DNA from: Saccostrea echinata
Taxonomy: Eukaryota
Assembly (NCBI RefSeq): GCF_033153115.1
Contig: NW_026889801.1
Coordinates: 1,054,001-1,118,000, forward strand
Length of the DNA: 64,000 nt
Reading direction: 5' to 3'
The notes under the pieces are model-generated. The model was not told the origin of the DNA, made no database searches, and saw only the letters and a program-made list of their open reading frames with translations. A program made the position numbers and the translations under genes. Of the stretch, positions 1 through 12,210 are shown one piece after another (position 1 is the first letter of the stretch; every line of letters begins with the position of its first letter).

Positions 1-414
1 AAATATGAAATAAATATTGAAATATATATAGCAATGGTACTCTTCTGTATGGGAGATAAGAAAGTTTATTCTTTATATGAATAAGTCATATAGAAAATAT
101 ATCTATGTAACATGAATCATACATAGATTCAAAGAATTTATTGGTGGATTCAACGGTCTCTTCTTATGAGTTGGGGATCCAAGGGAAGTGGGACATACCA
201 AGATAATTTATGAATTAATTAATAAACAGAATTTGTTATCTCTAAGAACAAATGATTTTGCTACTAACAAGGTTTCAAAAATATTGAAAAAAAAAATGAG
301 GAGCAGACATGTCTGAAATTATTATATCTTGGAAATAAATTTGAAAATAAGACAAGACAATATTAATGTCTCCATTCCAATTTTCATGAAATCAAAGATA
401 TATAATGAAGATTA

Positions 415-612
415 CATGGGTTTTTTTACCCTAAGTAACAAAAACGTGGGGGAAAAAAACCCACATGTAATTTTTAGTCATGTATGGGTTTAAAAACCCC
501 ACGAAAGATTATATGGGTTTATTTCCCCCATGGGGAAAATTTTAAACCCCATGGGGTTTTTGTGGGGTTTTTCATGGGGTAATTTTAAGTACATGTTTCC
601 CCATGGGATTTT
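415..612. repeat. Cluster of AAAACCCCATGGG-like palindromic motifs, probably a subterminal-repeat region of a DNA transposon remnant
   Basis: Repeated CCCCATGGGG / ATGGGTTT / AAACCCCA motifs in about 200 bp. Confidence 0.45.
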
Positions 613-1863
613 TATCTTTGCCACTTAATATCTCAAAAACTAGCTAAAAATGTTGGATTTTTTATTTCATAAATCAATTTAAATATAAAAACCCCACCAT
701 TTAAAAAAAAATCCTAAGATAATAGCTTTAAAGGAAAAAGGTGCGCAAGTTCGGAAAAATGTCCATTCCGAAGTTGTCCGTCCCACTGTTATGTATTTTC
801 TGAAGCTAGAGCGTACCAATGCACTATCGTCAAAGGTTATACTGAAAATTTTCTAGATATTATTTAGGTCTAAGTATACAAGTAGGCTTCAAAAATCCCC
901 AAAGATTCTAGCTTTGGAAAGGTTTTGAAGTAATGATGGAAAAACTTTTATATAAGTTAAAATTATTTAAGTTTCCTTCGTATAGTTTTCTTTTTGATTT
1001 TCTGATGCCTTTCGAAGATCGGCTATACTTGGAAGAACACAATAAATTCGAGTTAAGTTGGTAAATGTCAATTGCCCATGTAGACATTGTGTTTCACATG
1101 CTGTTTAGGATATTTTACAGATATATTTTTTTGGCCTGTGCAGCCATAAGTTCGTTGATTTTCTTGATGGAAAAGAATTTATTTTTCAAATGTCAGCCGG
1201 TGCATTATTTTCAGTTTATAGCCGGTGCATACATACATGTACCAAGATTCTGATAGCAACCATAACTTAAGAAGATCGTGTTTTGTCTAAAAATCCCTTT
1301 CAAAATACATCTTTTCAAATAATTTTTATTATATCTACGTATTATTATAGATTGACACATCTTTACATACCAAAATGAACACTATCTAACCTATAAATGA
1401 TGAAAAGAAGCATGAAAACTTGGAGTATATTGACTTGAGAATGTGTACAGGCTTCTAAAATTTTACTATATTTAAATTTTTAGAAGGTTGTTCTACAAAA
1501 TACATCTGGCATCATTTAAAGAAATTCCTTACTTGTTCCGTGCACAAGGATTTTTCCAAGACTTAATCGATTTGGGGTCACTTTTTGACAATTTTACCTC
1601 TTTTTCCAAGTGTCTCTAACATATTTATTTCAGCTAGCAGCCGTACAATTTTCGAATAGAAACATTGAACGCTTTTTTGTTCTGATAGCAACCGTTTAGG
1701 TACTACACCGTGTATAGTGAAGCTCCAAACAGATCAGTATTACGTTACGCATTATTCGTAGGGAAAGTAGTCCCGGAGAATTGACACTGTATGGAGTTTG
1801 ACTGTATTGCTTTAAAAATGATAGTTGAATGGCGTAATTTGTGGCAACTCAGCAGAAAAAATA

Positions 1864-2275
1864 ATGTAAATATAAGAAATGAATTTCATTTTTGAAAATT
1901 CATGAGGTATATATTCACGCCGGCGTGAAGCGTCGTAGTTCATGTCCTCATGACTCTTCAAAAATTGAATTCATTTCTTAAATATTTACATTTCCAAATA
2001 TTTTTCCTTAAGATTCTTTGCAAAATAAGAAAAAGTTCATGTTCTCATGAACTACCGTGGAATGAGTAAGAATATTTCCAATGTGGTGTGATTGAAGTAA
2101 AAAAATAGAGCAAACTTTTTTTTCAAAAAATGATCGTTGAAAAACAAAAATATGTGCCAAGACATCAAAAAATAATCTAAGTATAACGCGCTTCATGAAA
2201 TATGCCGGCGTGAAGCGTCGTAGTTCATGTCCTCATGAATTCTCAAAAATTAAATTCATCTCCTTAATATTCTCT
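1864..2275. mobile_element. Palindromic non-autonomous element with a partial direct duplication
   Basis: Inverted repeat about 1864-1990 (TGTAAATATAAGAAATGAATT...AATTCATTTCTTAAATATTTACA) centred near TTCACGCCGGCGTGAA. The right arm is repeated at about 2204-2270. Confidence 0.55.
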
Positions 2276-3938
2276 GTAATATCGAAAATGAGAAAGAAAA
2301 ACCAAGTACCTTCACTTTTTTTAATGGCTTTTTTTTTTTTTTATTTAAAAACATTTTTAAGTCATCAGTTTCATCATATATTTAACAAATGAGAAAGGAA
2401 AGAACAGAAAGAAGGGAAAATAGAAAGTCTTGTACAAAAGGCTGAAAAAGAAACATTACTGCCTGACAAACCATTATTAACAACCCCAAACCTTAATAAT
2501 CATTCTTAATAAAATAGGAAAATTACCTTGTATATAAATTATAGCACAGGGACCAGTACATACTGTAATCTACCTAATTCCTTTTTCACTTCTGAATTAT
2601 AAAGACAGAATGAAAAATAGTTTTCATACAACCCCTCAATCGCTTAATACGAGATTTCAACATCAATCTGATGTTCTTAATCCATTCTAACAAAGAGTCA
2701 AGTCTTCTTTTTCGTGTTTGGCCCATCGCCTGGCGTAATCTTCCACCGAATTCATAATATTTATAAAATTATGACGCCAGCTGAAAGAACGGGGTTCCCT
2801 AAATTTTGGCCCTTTTAAAATAAGGGATTTAAGGTCCTCCCTCATAATTAACTATGTTTACATCAGCAGTAATGACGTGTCCTGTTCCTCCTGCAGACGA
2901 CAAGTGTTCTTTGTAACACCATTTATTCATATCTTCCTTTTCTCTCCATGGTAGGCATGTCTAAGGGAATCGTGAAAATCAAAAAATACTGGCATCAATT
3001 TTATATACATCAATTTTATTAACAAGAAATTGATAAAAAAAAAAAAATAATAATAATAATTAACAAACAGAAAAATTGGCAGTGTTAGTTACAAAATTAT
3101 CAAAATGAAATCATACAGATGCACTGGAAAAATTACTAGTACAATGAACACAATGATTGAAAGACATAAACATGGGGAATGCCCGTTACTCAATTTGTTT
3201 GCACACACCGTTGCAGTTATGAGACTATATCTTTCAAAAAATAATGATTCAATGCTTAAATAACCAATTTGAAATCATTTTCCCCTTATAAATGATGGAG
3301 AAAAAAACATAAAAATTGGTCCCGTGACAACTAATAAAGGGGAACAAAAAATTGTACTAGAAATTATGGGTCTAGAAAATTAAATATTTTGCAAAGAAAT
3401 GAAATGACATGATTAATATTACAAAATGCTGTAAAGACGATTTTACAATGATATGTTGACTATATTAAAAAAATTACAAAAGAAATTACATATAAAATAC
3501 CCGAGACTGTCTGATTCAAAAATACAAATCGTTCCTTGGATTTCCCTGACTATGATGTTCATCTAGTATTCTGCTCTTTTCTATAGATGACGAAAACATA
3601 CAAAAACATTTATACCAAAGAAAATCTGCCAGTAATATCATATTAGGAGTAACTGTTTTGCATCACACGACACTAACATAAACTGAATTTTTTTTCTCAA
3701 TTTATGGAAAGAAATGTGTACTTATTCATATATTTCCACCTTACTTCGGCCCATTTTGATTCAAAAACTAATTATTACCAGAGATATAAATACATTTGTA
3801 TCCAAAATCTGATGGCCGTCACCTGTCGACTAGTTGAGGTAGAGTCATCGTCACAAACCACGGCCAAAAAGAGCTCTATGCGGACTCCGGACAGCGGATT
3901 GAGACGATGAGGTATAGCGGTCTGAGACAACTAGATAT

Positions 3939-4931
3939 CTAGCGGCTAGGATAGCGGCTTCGATTTTTAACGCAGTTCTGAGGCTCGCAAACCGCTGACT
4001 TTCTCCTCTTCTTTACATCCTTTAGCACCTTCTTTTTGTAGGGAAGAATGATATCGCTGTCCCCGAGGTGGAATGTTCTGTGAGGAACCTTCAAATCAAT
4101 GTCGGTCACAAGAAGAATTCTCTTTTTTCTCAGTTTATAATGATTGTTACAGCTGCAAGGTAGATCGATTTTGATGATTTTTCTCTTAGACAATGCATCT
4201 GTGGCGTTGTAGAAGTTCTGTTTTGCTGTCCCCGTTAATATCATCCTCGGTGATAATTCTTTGGTCGAGTTGAAACATTTGATATGATGGACTTTGATTA
4301 CGTAACCTGAATAAAGACAGAAAAGATTTACAACACTGCTCTATTAAATCTATTAAACTTAGCAAACCAGACGCTCAATACTTTGCCGGCCTCGCAAGAA
4401 AAGCACAGGCCAGGGGCTCTGTGAATTTTTTCCTTCGGATGAGAGGTGTCCACACGGCCAAGACCTCCCTCCTCCCCAACATCCCCCCAAAAATATTAAT
4501 ATTTTAAAATTTTTGATTGACAAGAACAAAAAAAAAAAAAGCAAACATAGTGTCCTAGCATAATAAACCTAATTCGTGAGGGTAAATTTCTTTTCTCTCT
4601 ATCGTGATCGGGAGGCCCGGGTTCGATTCTCGTACGCTGCGCCGCGTCAAACCTAAGACGTAAACATAGGTAGTGACTAGTGACTGCTCCTTTGCCAAGC
4701 GCCCGACACTACAAGTGAAAGTCACGGGTCTTTCGGATGAGACCTTAATAATCGAGGTCCCGTGTCACGGTAGGTGTTGACACGATAAAGAACCCTCAAT
4801 GCTCAATGGCCTTAAGTGTCGAGTATAGGTCTAAATTTGAAGCCCTTCACTGGCATACGGTGACTTCTCTATATGAGTGAAAAAATCTGGAATGGGACGT
4901 TGAACAACATACAAACAATCAATCAATCAAT

Positions 4932-4979
<48 letters not shown>

Positions 4980-7900
4980 ATTCTTGCTGTCAATGTAAAA
5001 GAGGACTTGTTACTTGATTGGTGTCCAAAGTCATTATTCCCTTCCAATCCCGGCTGGATCTGCGTGAGATCATTTCTTTGTACAGCTAGGATCTCTCCTT
5101 AACATTTTTTCAACGAATAATATAAAGCTAGTTAGAATAAAGATGCACACTTTACAGGCACGTAGTATCGTTTCTGAAAATGGGCAGCCAGAGAGAGAAA
5201 AAAAATCAACTTGTCTGGAAAAAAACCATGGCAAGCAAAGAAAAAAAATTGTAGGCTCCAACTTTTCTTTCATAACCAAATTCAGTTCATACATTACCAT
5301 ACTAGTATTACCCTGATTTGACTATACTGCAACAAAAATTAAGTGGGCGGCAACCAACCTTTCAATCAACATTTTCAATAGTAAATAGTAATGTTTGGAA
5401 AAAAGTGCCCCCCTCCCCCCGATACTACGTGCCTGCCTTATGTTTCTCACCATTTCTCCTACAAATATCTAGACTTCCGATGTTCACAGATTTTCTCATA
5501 TTCCAAGTAGTCCACTTTTGAGAGATAATACTACAAATGCTACTTTGTGTGGAGGAGCTGGGGGTGTCCGACTGCTCACTGCAACTAAAATTAAATTCAC
5601 AGTAAATTTATGACCAGAACGATGAAATTAAAATTAGATGTTGATCTCACGAATCATGCTACTGTTATAAAAAAATGAATTACATGATTACTGACAGTAT
5701 CTATCAAAACCCCAAAGAGTGCCAGGATAAATGAAAGAAAAGGGATGGGGTGGGGGGAGGGGAGGTGAGGGGAGCTAGTTACCTCTCGGCAATACTTTTC
5801 ACCAAACCATGACAACATTTCTCATTTCTTGGATCATAATCCTTTTTTCCAGGGTGACAGCATTCTCTTCCAGTTTCCTTGGCGCCCTTGTGGACCTGAT
5901 TATTGCAGCAAAGATCTGTCTGACTGTTATACCGCTGGTACCCACAAAATATTGATGGTCTCCTTGGCTGGTGTTTGCACGAGTAGAACTCTGAATTCCG
6001 AAGACAGCATTGATCGTGGTCAGAGGCATTTTTCTTTATTATTTGGTCACCACTGCAGCATAGGTGTGACGCTGTCGAATATACGTCTTTACCACAACAT
6101 TTAGGGTCGCTCACGTGTTTTATGTTATGCACTATACCTGAAATAAAGCATCCATTTTTATACATGGGAGATAATAATCAAACTATATTGACTCCGTTTT
6201 TGATAACTTTAAAGAAATATAATGGGCAATATATATACATGTATCTATTAGAAAACGTACCATGACAGCATGTCTGGTGTCTTTTGTCAAATGAACCGTT
6301 CCCACAACATTGAATTGTTCCATTTGATGAGTCGTATACGTTGTTATGACAGCAGATTTCATTGGATGAATTGTAAAGACCTGCAAGAAATTAACGGGCT
6401 CTCTCATATACAAAGTGGTGAAAATCTAACTTTTCTGTATGAAAAAACGAAACTCTGCATGTGTCATAGATATTTCTACGATAATAAACATTTCGTATAA
6501 CCTGCGGAGAAGCATTAAACGATTAAATAATTCATCGTACATTTACCTGTTTACATATTCATGATCGCTTATCGATCGCTTTATCTTAAAAACTCACCTG
6601 TCCCACAACAGTGCCCTGTTGTGGGCTGGACTTTGGTTATATCCGCCCTTTCACAGCACTGTTCGCGCCTGTTATCAAACAAAGACTCCCCGCAGCAGCG
6701 GATATGTTTGTCAAAAGAGGATTTGTTGTAGAGTTTGGATTCGTCGCAGCATATCTGTTTCCGTTTATCGTATAGTATTCCATTGCAAAAGTCATGGAAC
6801 CGTGGAACAATTTGTTTTTTTTCGCAAGCTGATATAGTCTTGTTGAAAGGAGTTGTTTCATTACAGCAACCATTTTTTGTCGATATTAACTGATTTCCAC
6901 AGCATTGGGTGTTCCTTTCTGAAGAAGAAAATATTTTGAAACACCTTCTTATTACATGTAATAATTATGAATGAATTATGGACAAAATGTTAATACATTT
7001 GCACTGAATAGATTTGAGATACAAACACTGATACATATAAATACAGATAGAGATGTAATATTACTGTAAAATTGAGAGATCAATAATTCTCAATAAATCA
7101 TGAAATTGTTACGAAAGACCCCTTTTGTGTCATTCCGTTACAAAATTAGCAACTGTTTTGATTCAAAAAATGTTCTTATTATAAATTATAAAATGTAATC
7201 ACAAAAGACATACATTCAGCAGATATACATATTACAGAACAGACAAAGCAATATGACCATCTAAATAATATGTGTCTTTTTTCATGTAATTGATTATGAT
7301 GAATAGTGTCTCTGCACGTTTCAAAACTATGCGTCCTAAAAGAGGACAGACACTCATAGGCGAACATCGAAAAAAGAAGATTTAATTCTTTTCTGTTTGA
7401 AAAGTCTTGATGGACAGAAGGTTAATGTGATTACTGTATACTCCCGCATATTTCAGCAAGGTAGCGATAATTAAAAGATCACACTTGAAGTACAAAAATC
7501 AGTGCATTTTTTTATATTTACAATGATAAAGGAATTATTTTTGTCTATTGTAATTACAAAAGCCACGAGGGATCCCCCGTCATGCATGTTCTATAGATTT
7601 CGTAGTTTTTAATCATATGCGATCTCCGTAAACAACACTCGATATTGCTGACAGTTTTAGTTCTTTTGGAAAATCGTTTGTTAGGTCCCGTGAGTCACAG
7701 CTTCTTCTCTGAAACCACTGAAACGATTTTGGCACAGAATATCTTTGAGTAAAGGGGAACAAAAATTGTGAATTTCATAATCCCTGTCCTCCCGAAGCCT
7801 TAAGGGTTGGACTAAAACCATCAAAATTAGAGCTATCTATAAAAATCTTCTTTTTTACTCTTGGACATCAAACAAACTGTTGGCATGATTGTATATAGCC

Positions 7901-8295
7901 TTCTATCAATTTTTTGAAATTCATGGCCCATGCAATTGGTCATGGTGTTCTGGAGTAAGGGTGGGGCTCTAATGATTGTACAGTGAAAATGCAAACATTT
8001 TTTTTAAAATCTTCTTCTGTCCCCAGTATATAAGTAAGATAAACTAGATGCATGGTTATGATGATCATGGGTGCATCTTCGGAAACTGTGAAATTTGTGA
8101 CCCCCTGATGAGGGGTTATGCGGGGGGCTCTATTGATTATTTAGTGAATATGCATTTATTCTTTTAAAATCTTCTTTTCTGATCCTGTGAACTAAGCAAT
8201 CAACTCATAAGCAAGGTGCCTCTTCCAAAATTGTGAATTTAATGGTCCCTGGGTCAGGGGTTCTGCTGAAGGGTGGGGCTGTATTGATTATAAAA

Positions 8296-8327
<32 letters not shown>

Positions 8328-10870
8328 TTCTGCACTTGTGTATTAAGCAAACAAACCAAAAATAAAGTTATGATGAGCAAGGGGGCCTCTTCCAAAATTG
8401 TGAATTTCATGGTCCCTGGGTCATGGGTATTGATGTTAGGGTGTGACTCTATTAACGATATAATAAAAATGCATTTATTCTTTCAAAATTTTATTCTCTG
8501 ATCCTAGGAATTTATCAGATAAACTTAGAACATTGTAATGCTGATCAAGAGTGCCTCTTCTAGAATTGTGAAATTCGTGGCCCCAGGGTCAGGAGTTCAG
8601 GTTGGGGTCTGTTGAATATATTGTGAAAATGCATTTATTTATTTCTTTCAAAATCTTCTTGACTGTTCCCGGGTAATTTGCTTATAAATTAAGCGGGCCC
8701 AGACTTGTCGAAATCCGTCGGTCCTGTCGGCAAGGCCGATAAAAATTTGTCTGGACCGACAACTTTTGAGAAAACGTCGGTCCAGATGACCGTTTGAAAA
8801 AAATCGAGCGTGATGCAAATTTAATAAAGGTCGGGATCGGGATGCGCAGCTGAAGGTCACAAACACAGTAGACTGGTATTGCCTGTCTCTATCGTTCGAA
8901 ATCGCGCATATCAGACAGGCAAGCCAGTCTACAAACACAGAAAACATGGCCGCGTACGCGGCGTGTTGACGATAGCCAATTGAATTTGTTATAGCAAAGT
9001 CATAAAACATGTCATTTATGTCTTTTATTAAAGACTTTCTATCCCAAGGAAGGAAACTTGTAAGATTAAAGGCTGCTAAAAATAATCCAGGGCATTTTGG
9101 TGCTGTTATTCATATGACTTTCACAGCGTCAAAATAAGGTACATGTATCTGGTCTGACAAAACGTTGACTGGTCCGACAGAACATTTGACTTTGTCAGAC
9201 CAAATGTCTGACAATGATTTTAAAATTTCGACAAGTCTGTAAGCGCAAAGTTATGGTCATCCTCTTCTCTTGTAATTGGGCAACAAAGCTTCACCAATCA
9301 GTTTATTTTATACTTCTATGGATACTTTAAATTATTGTATTATGTTCAGGTGACCTTTAAGGCCCTCGGGCCTCTTGTTTATATATATTTAACGTACTGT
9401 CCTATAAAAATTGGGTCAGTAAAATGAAATACACGCAAGCAATACGATAAATGCACTTATAAATTGCAAAGAATATACATTTTTGAAATTGTATCCCACA
9501 CAAGACTCCATTTGACAATAGGGTATGGCTTGGGTAATGACTTGCATGATAGGGATGGCAAAGGTGAAAAAAATAAAAAGGTGTATCAAACGGAAACAAA
9601 CTTACCGATTGTATTTACTGAGTAGGTCTTGTTTCCACAACACTTTTGTTCCAGTCCTGCGTTTTCCCCCGTCTGAATGTATCTATTAGTGACATAACCG
9701 GAAGCACAACAGATCTGGTCCGATTTTCTGTACAAGTTCACACCTAAATTATTGGGAGATCGAAAATATATTTATTTTACTTATATTTCATATTTAAGAG
9801 TATCTCAGTACTTGGGTAAGCATACGGAAGAATTACACGACTGGGAATTCAATACAACTTTAATTATTGTGTGGGATTTGTCCTTTTTCCAAATAAAGAT
9901 ACATTTTTAAAAATTCAGAACATTTTGAACATCGATTTGATTTAAACGCCAAATATTTATACCTGTGTCATTAGAGCTAATATCAACATTTTATTTTTCT
10001 TTTTAATCATAATTTCCAAAGGCGATCCTCCGTCTCACCAATTCCTTACCCCCACAGCAGTCTCTCTCCCCTTTGTCGTCGTACCGTTCTCGGACAAAAT
10101 CCCCACAGCAAACCTGTGTACGAGGGTCATACTCTAACATATCTATTTTGCCATTTGATAAGGCCACTGGACATCGGCTCGTCCACACTGAAATTTAATT
10201 GAATTTGATGTCATTGAATCAAATTATGCCATCTGACAAACTTAATTGCACATTTATACATGGTCAANNNNNNNNNNNNNNNNNNNNNNNNNNNNNNNNN
10301 NNNNNNNNNNNNNNNNNNNNNNNNNNNNNNNNNNNNNNNNNNNNNNNNNNNNNNNNNNNNNNNNNNNNNNNNNNNNNNNNNNNNNNNNNNNNNNNTACAT
10401 ATAGCTACTTTATGCTTGATCAATAATTGATGACCCCCCCCCCCGCCCTCCCTTTTTCTTTTTTTTTCTTGTTTGGTATTATCCCACCCAACAAGGAACT
10501 GAAAATGTCTGCAACCCCCCCCCCCCCCCATCGTCGGAACCCACGGGTTTTCTCTCCGTTACACTACATTCTCTTCAGCTTTTGAATGTAGTGTAACGGA
10601 GAGAAAACCTACATGCCTGCATCAATTTCGTTTTTTTTCTGAGGTAGACATGGTATAGAGCAAGAACAAAACTCAATCGAATAACCTATAGCTATATAAT
10701 GTGGTTTTCTTTATTGTATGCGCTTTCCTAGTACCTGTATCTTTAAAATATTTATTTTTATATTGATGCAACACAAACAAAACGAATATGCAAAGACTTG
10801 AAAAAAAAAGTTAGGAAAACATACCTATATTGATGCACCCCAAAAAGCATAGCACACGGGATATGTACAT
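3939..10870 (-). CDS. Secreted galaxin-like di-cysteine repeat protein with putative C-terminal NTR (netrin/C345C-like) domain, about 560 aa, 9 exons
   Basis: Exons (minus): 10870-10825 (MYISRVLCFLGCINIG, signal-peptide-like), 10685-10617, 10187-10050, 9743-9606, 6918-6598, 6380-6261, 6137-5783, 5578-5451, 4306-3939. They join in one open frame of 1683 nt. Repeated YDxxxQxCC..CCG motifs (YDPRTQVCCG, YNSQTDLCCN, YDPRNEKCCHG) are typical of galaxin/usherin-like repeats. Intron 2 needs a GC donor or an exon hidden in the N gap. Confidence 0.8.
4601..4930 (+). mobile_element. 5'-truncated tRNA-derived SINE (MetaSINE-like) in the last intron of the galaxin-like gene
   Basis: B-box-like GGTTCGATTC at about 4620, central GTCAAACCTAAGACGT...ATAGGTAGTGACTGCTCC core, (CAAT)n tail, and 12-bp direct repeat TCTTTTCTCTCT on both sides (4589-4600 and 4931-4942) as TSD. 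Family name is from recall. Confidence 0.7.
4936..4978. repeat. (TC)n(TA)n compound microsatellite grown from the SINE target site
   Basis: Directly visible. Confidence 0.9.
7679..9379 (+). mobile_element. Degenerate Helentron-associated non-autonomous element (HINE) with about 170-bp internal repeats
   Basis: 5' TTAGGTCCCGTGAGTCAC; repeats containing AAAATTGTGAATTTCATGGTCCCTGGG and AAAATCTTCTT; 3' end CAGGTGACC..AAGGCCCTCGGGCCTCTTGTT (hairpin + CTTGTT). Confidence 0.7.
8700..9239. mobile_element. MITE nested in the HINE
   Basis: 15-bp perfect TIR CAGACTTGTCGAAAT / ATTTCGACAAGTCTG; subterminal GGTCCGAC/GTCGGTCC repeats; no clean TSD. Confidence 0.75.
10268..10395. other. Assembly gap (128 N) within intron 2 of the galaxin-like gene
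   Basis: Run of N. Confidence 0.99.
10546..10609. repeat. Perfect 26-bp inverted repeat with 12-nt loop
   Basis: GGTTTTCTCTCCGTTACACTACATTC (10546-10571) / GAATGTAGTGTAACGGAGAGAAAACC (10584-10609). Confidence 0.9.
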
Positions 10871-11384
10871 GACTGCACTAGGCAATATTACAAAATATTA
10901 AGAACTATGTTAACAACGGTAATTTATTTGTATTCTTAACTAAATTTAGATCAGGGAAAATTATTTTTATTGTTCCAAATTCCTTGAAGGTGTGTATTTA
11001 TTATTAAATCTTCAAAAGGTACAATATGTAGCAAACACATTCAAAGTTGTTGACATCATGTGTTGTTCTATTTTTAGAATCAAATCCATGGTTTTCCCCT
11101 TTCTAAAATAATCTGGTAAAAAACCGTAAACACACGTGGATTTTTTTTCCCCCAATGTACTACGTAAACGAAACAAGTGACCGTGTCCAAGAGCCATGCA
11201 TTTCATAATTTTGGAAAAGCACGCTTGCTTACAACGTGCCAAATATACAATAGGAAATTTTTATATGTGAAGTTCATCCAAACATAAACTGTATAATTTT
11301 TGAAAGAGGGTTCAATCAATGCTATTATAATCATAGAAACGTTCGACTCGATGTCCTTAGTTGAAATTTTTCAAGATAGACTTT

Positions 11385-11615
11385 AATTAAGCTTTTGGCC
11401 CCAACCAAGATCCCAAGGAGGGGACCATGAAATTCACAATTTGTTTTCCCCTTTGCCCATAGATGCTATGTTTGCAAAATTGGTTGAAATTGACTGACCC
11501 ATTCCAAAGAGGTTAAAAATTCTCAAGTTAATGGATGACTAAGTTAAAATGTATGAAAACAGTGATGGATAGACTCGACACCATGAAAACAGAGTGACTT
11601 GGGTGACCTAATGAA
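11385..11615 (-). mobile_element. HINE remnant
   Basis: CCATGAAATTCACAATT repeat unit and terminal GTGACTTGGGTGACCTAA, the reverse complement of the HINE 5' end seen at 7679. Confidence 0.45.
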
Positions 11616-12210
11616 AACTACGAGTTCAACCCCCCCCCCCCCCCAAAAGTAACCAAAATCAAAAAAAAACAAACCAAAAACTAAACTTATGTACCAATCA
11701 TTTTAATGACATTTCTTTAAAAACAATTCTTTCTGAAACATCCCTAGTACATAACATTGTCATCAACAAATGAGTGAGAGAAGAGATAGAGAAGAAAGTG
11801 TGAGAATAGAAGTTCATAATTCATTTAGAATGAAAGTCTAAAACTGAAACAAAAACTTAATGTTTAAATAATAGTAGAAATACAAGCACATTTGATGTAT
11901 AAGTAACATGAAACCAAATTAAAAAAAAATCAAAATTATGCTCATTTTCAAAAATGACTAAAGGAACTTTCACATAACATTCAAATCTAGCACTTTCATC
12001 ATCATTTTTGAATCCTTCATTCACACAGTTAAGCTAAATGTAAATGAAACTTATTAATAACATGATTGCACAAGAATATCTAGAGATCCATTTGTGAGCA
12101 GCACTGATTAATATGTAACTTCCCCTACCCGTTTTATTGGGGGTAAGGGGATTCCCTTATTCCTTTAGTCTCAGTTTGAGTATATCACAATAAAACATCA
12201 CATGTTCAGC

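Noticed and set aside
5799-6500. Overlapping ORFs 5799-6029, 5829-6104, 6183-6413, 6270-6500 (and 6637-6873)
   Set aside because: Alternate-frame or antisense shadows of the galaxin-like exons.
8648-9010. 120-aa ORF inside the MITE as a transposase
   Set aside because: No DDE or DNA-binding motifs; it runs across the TIR, so it is a chance ORF.
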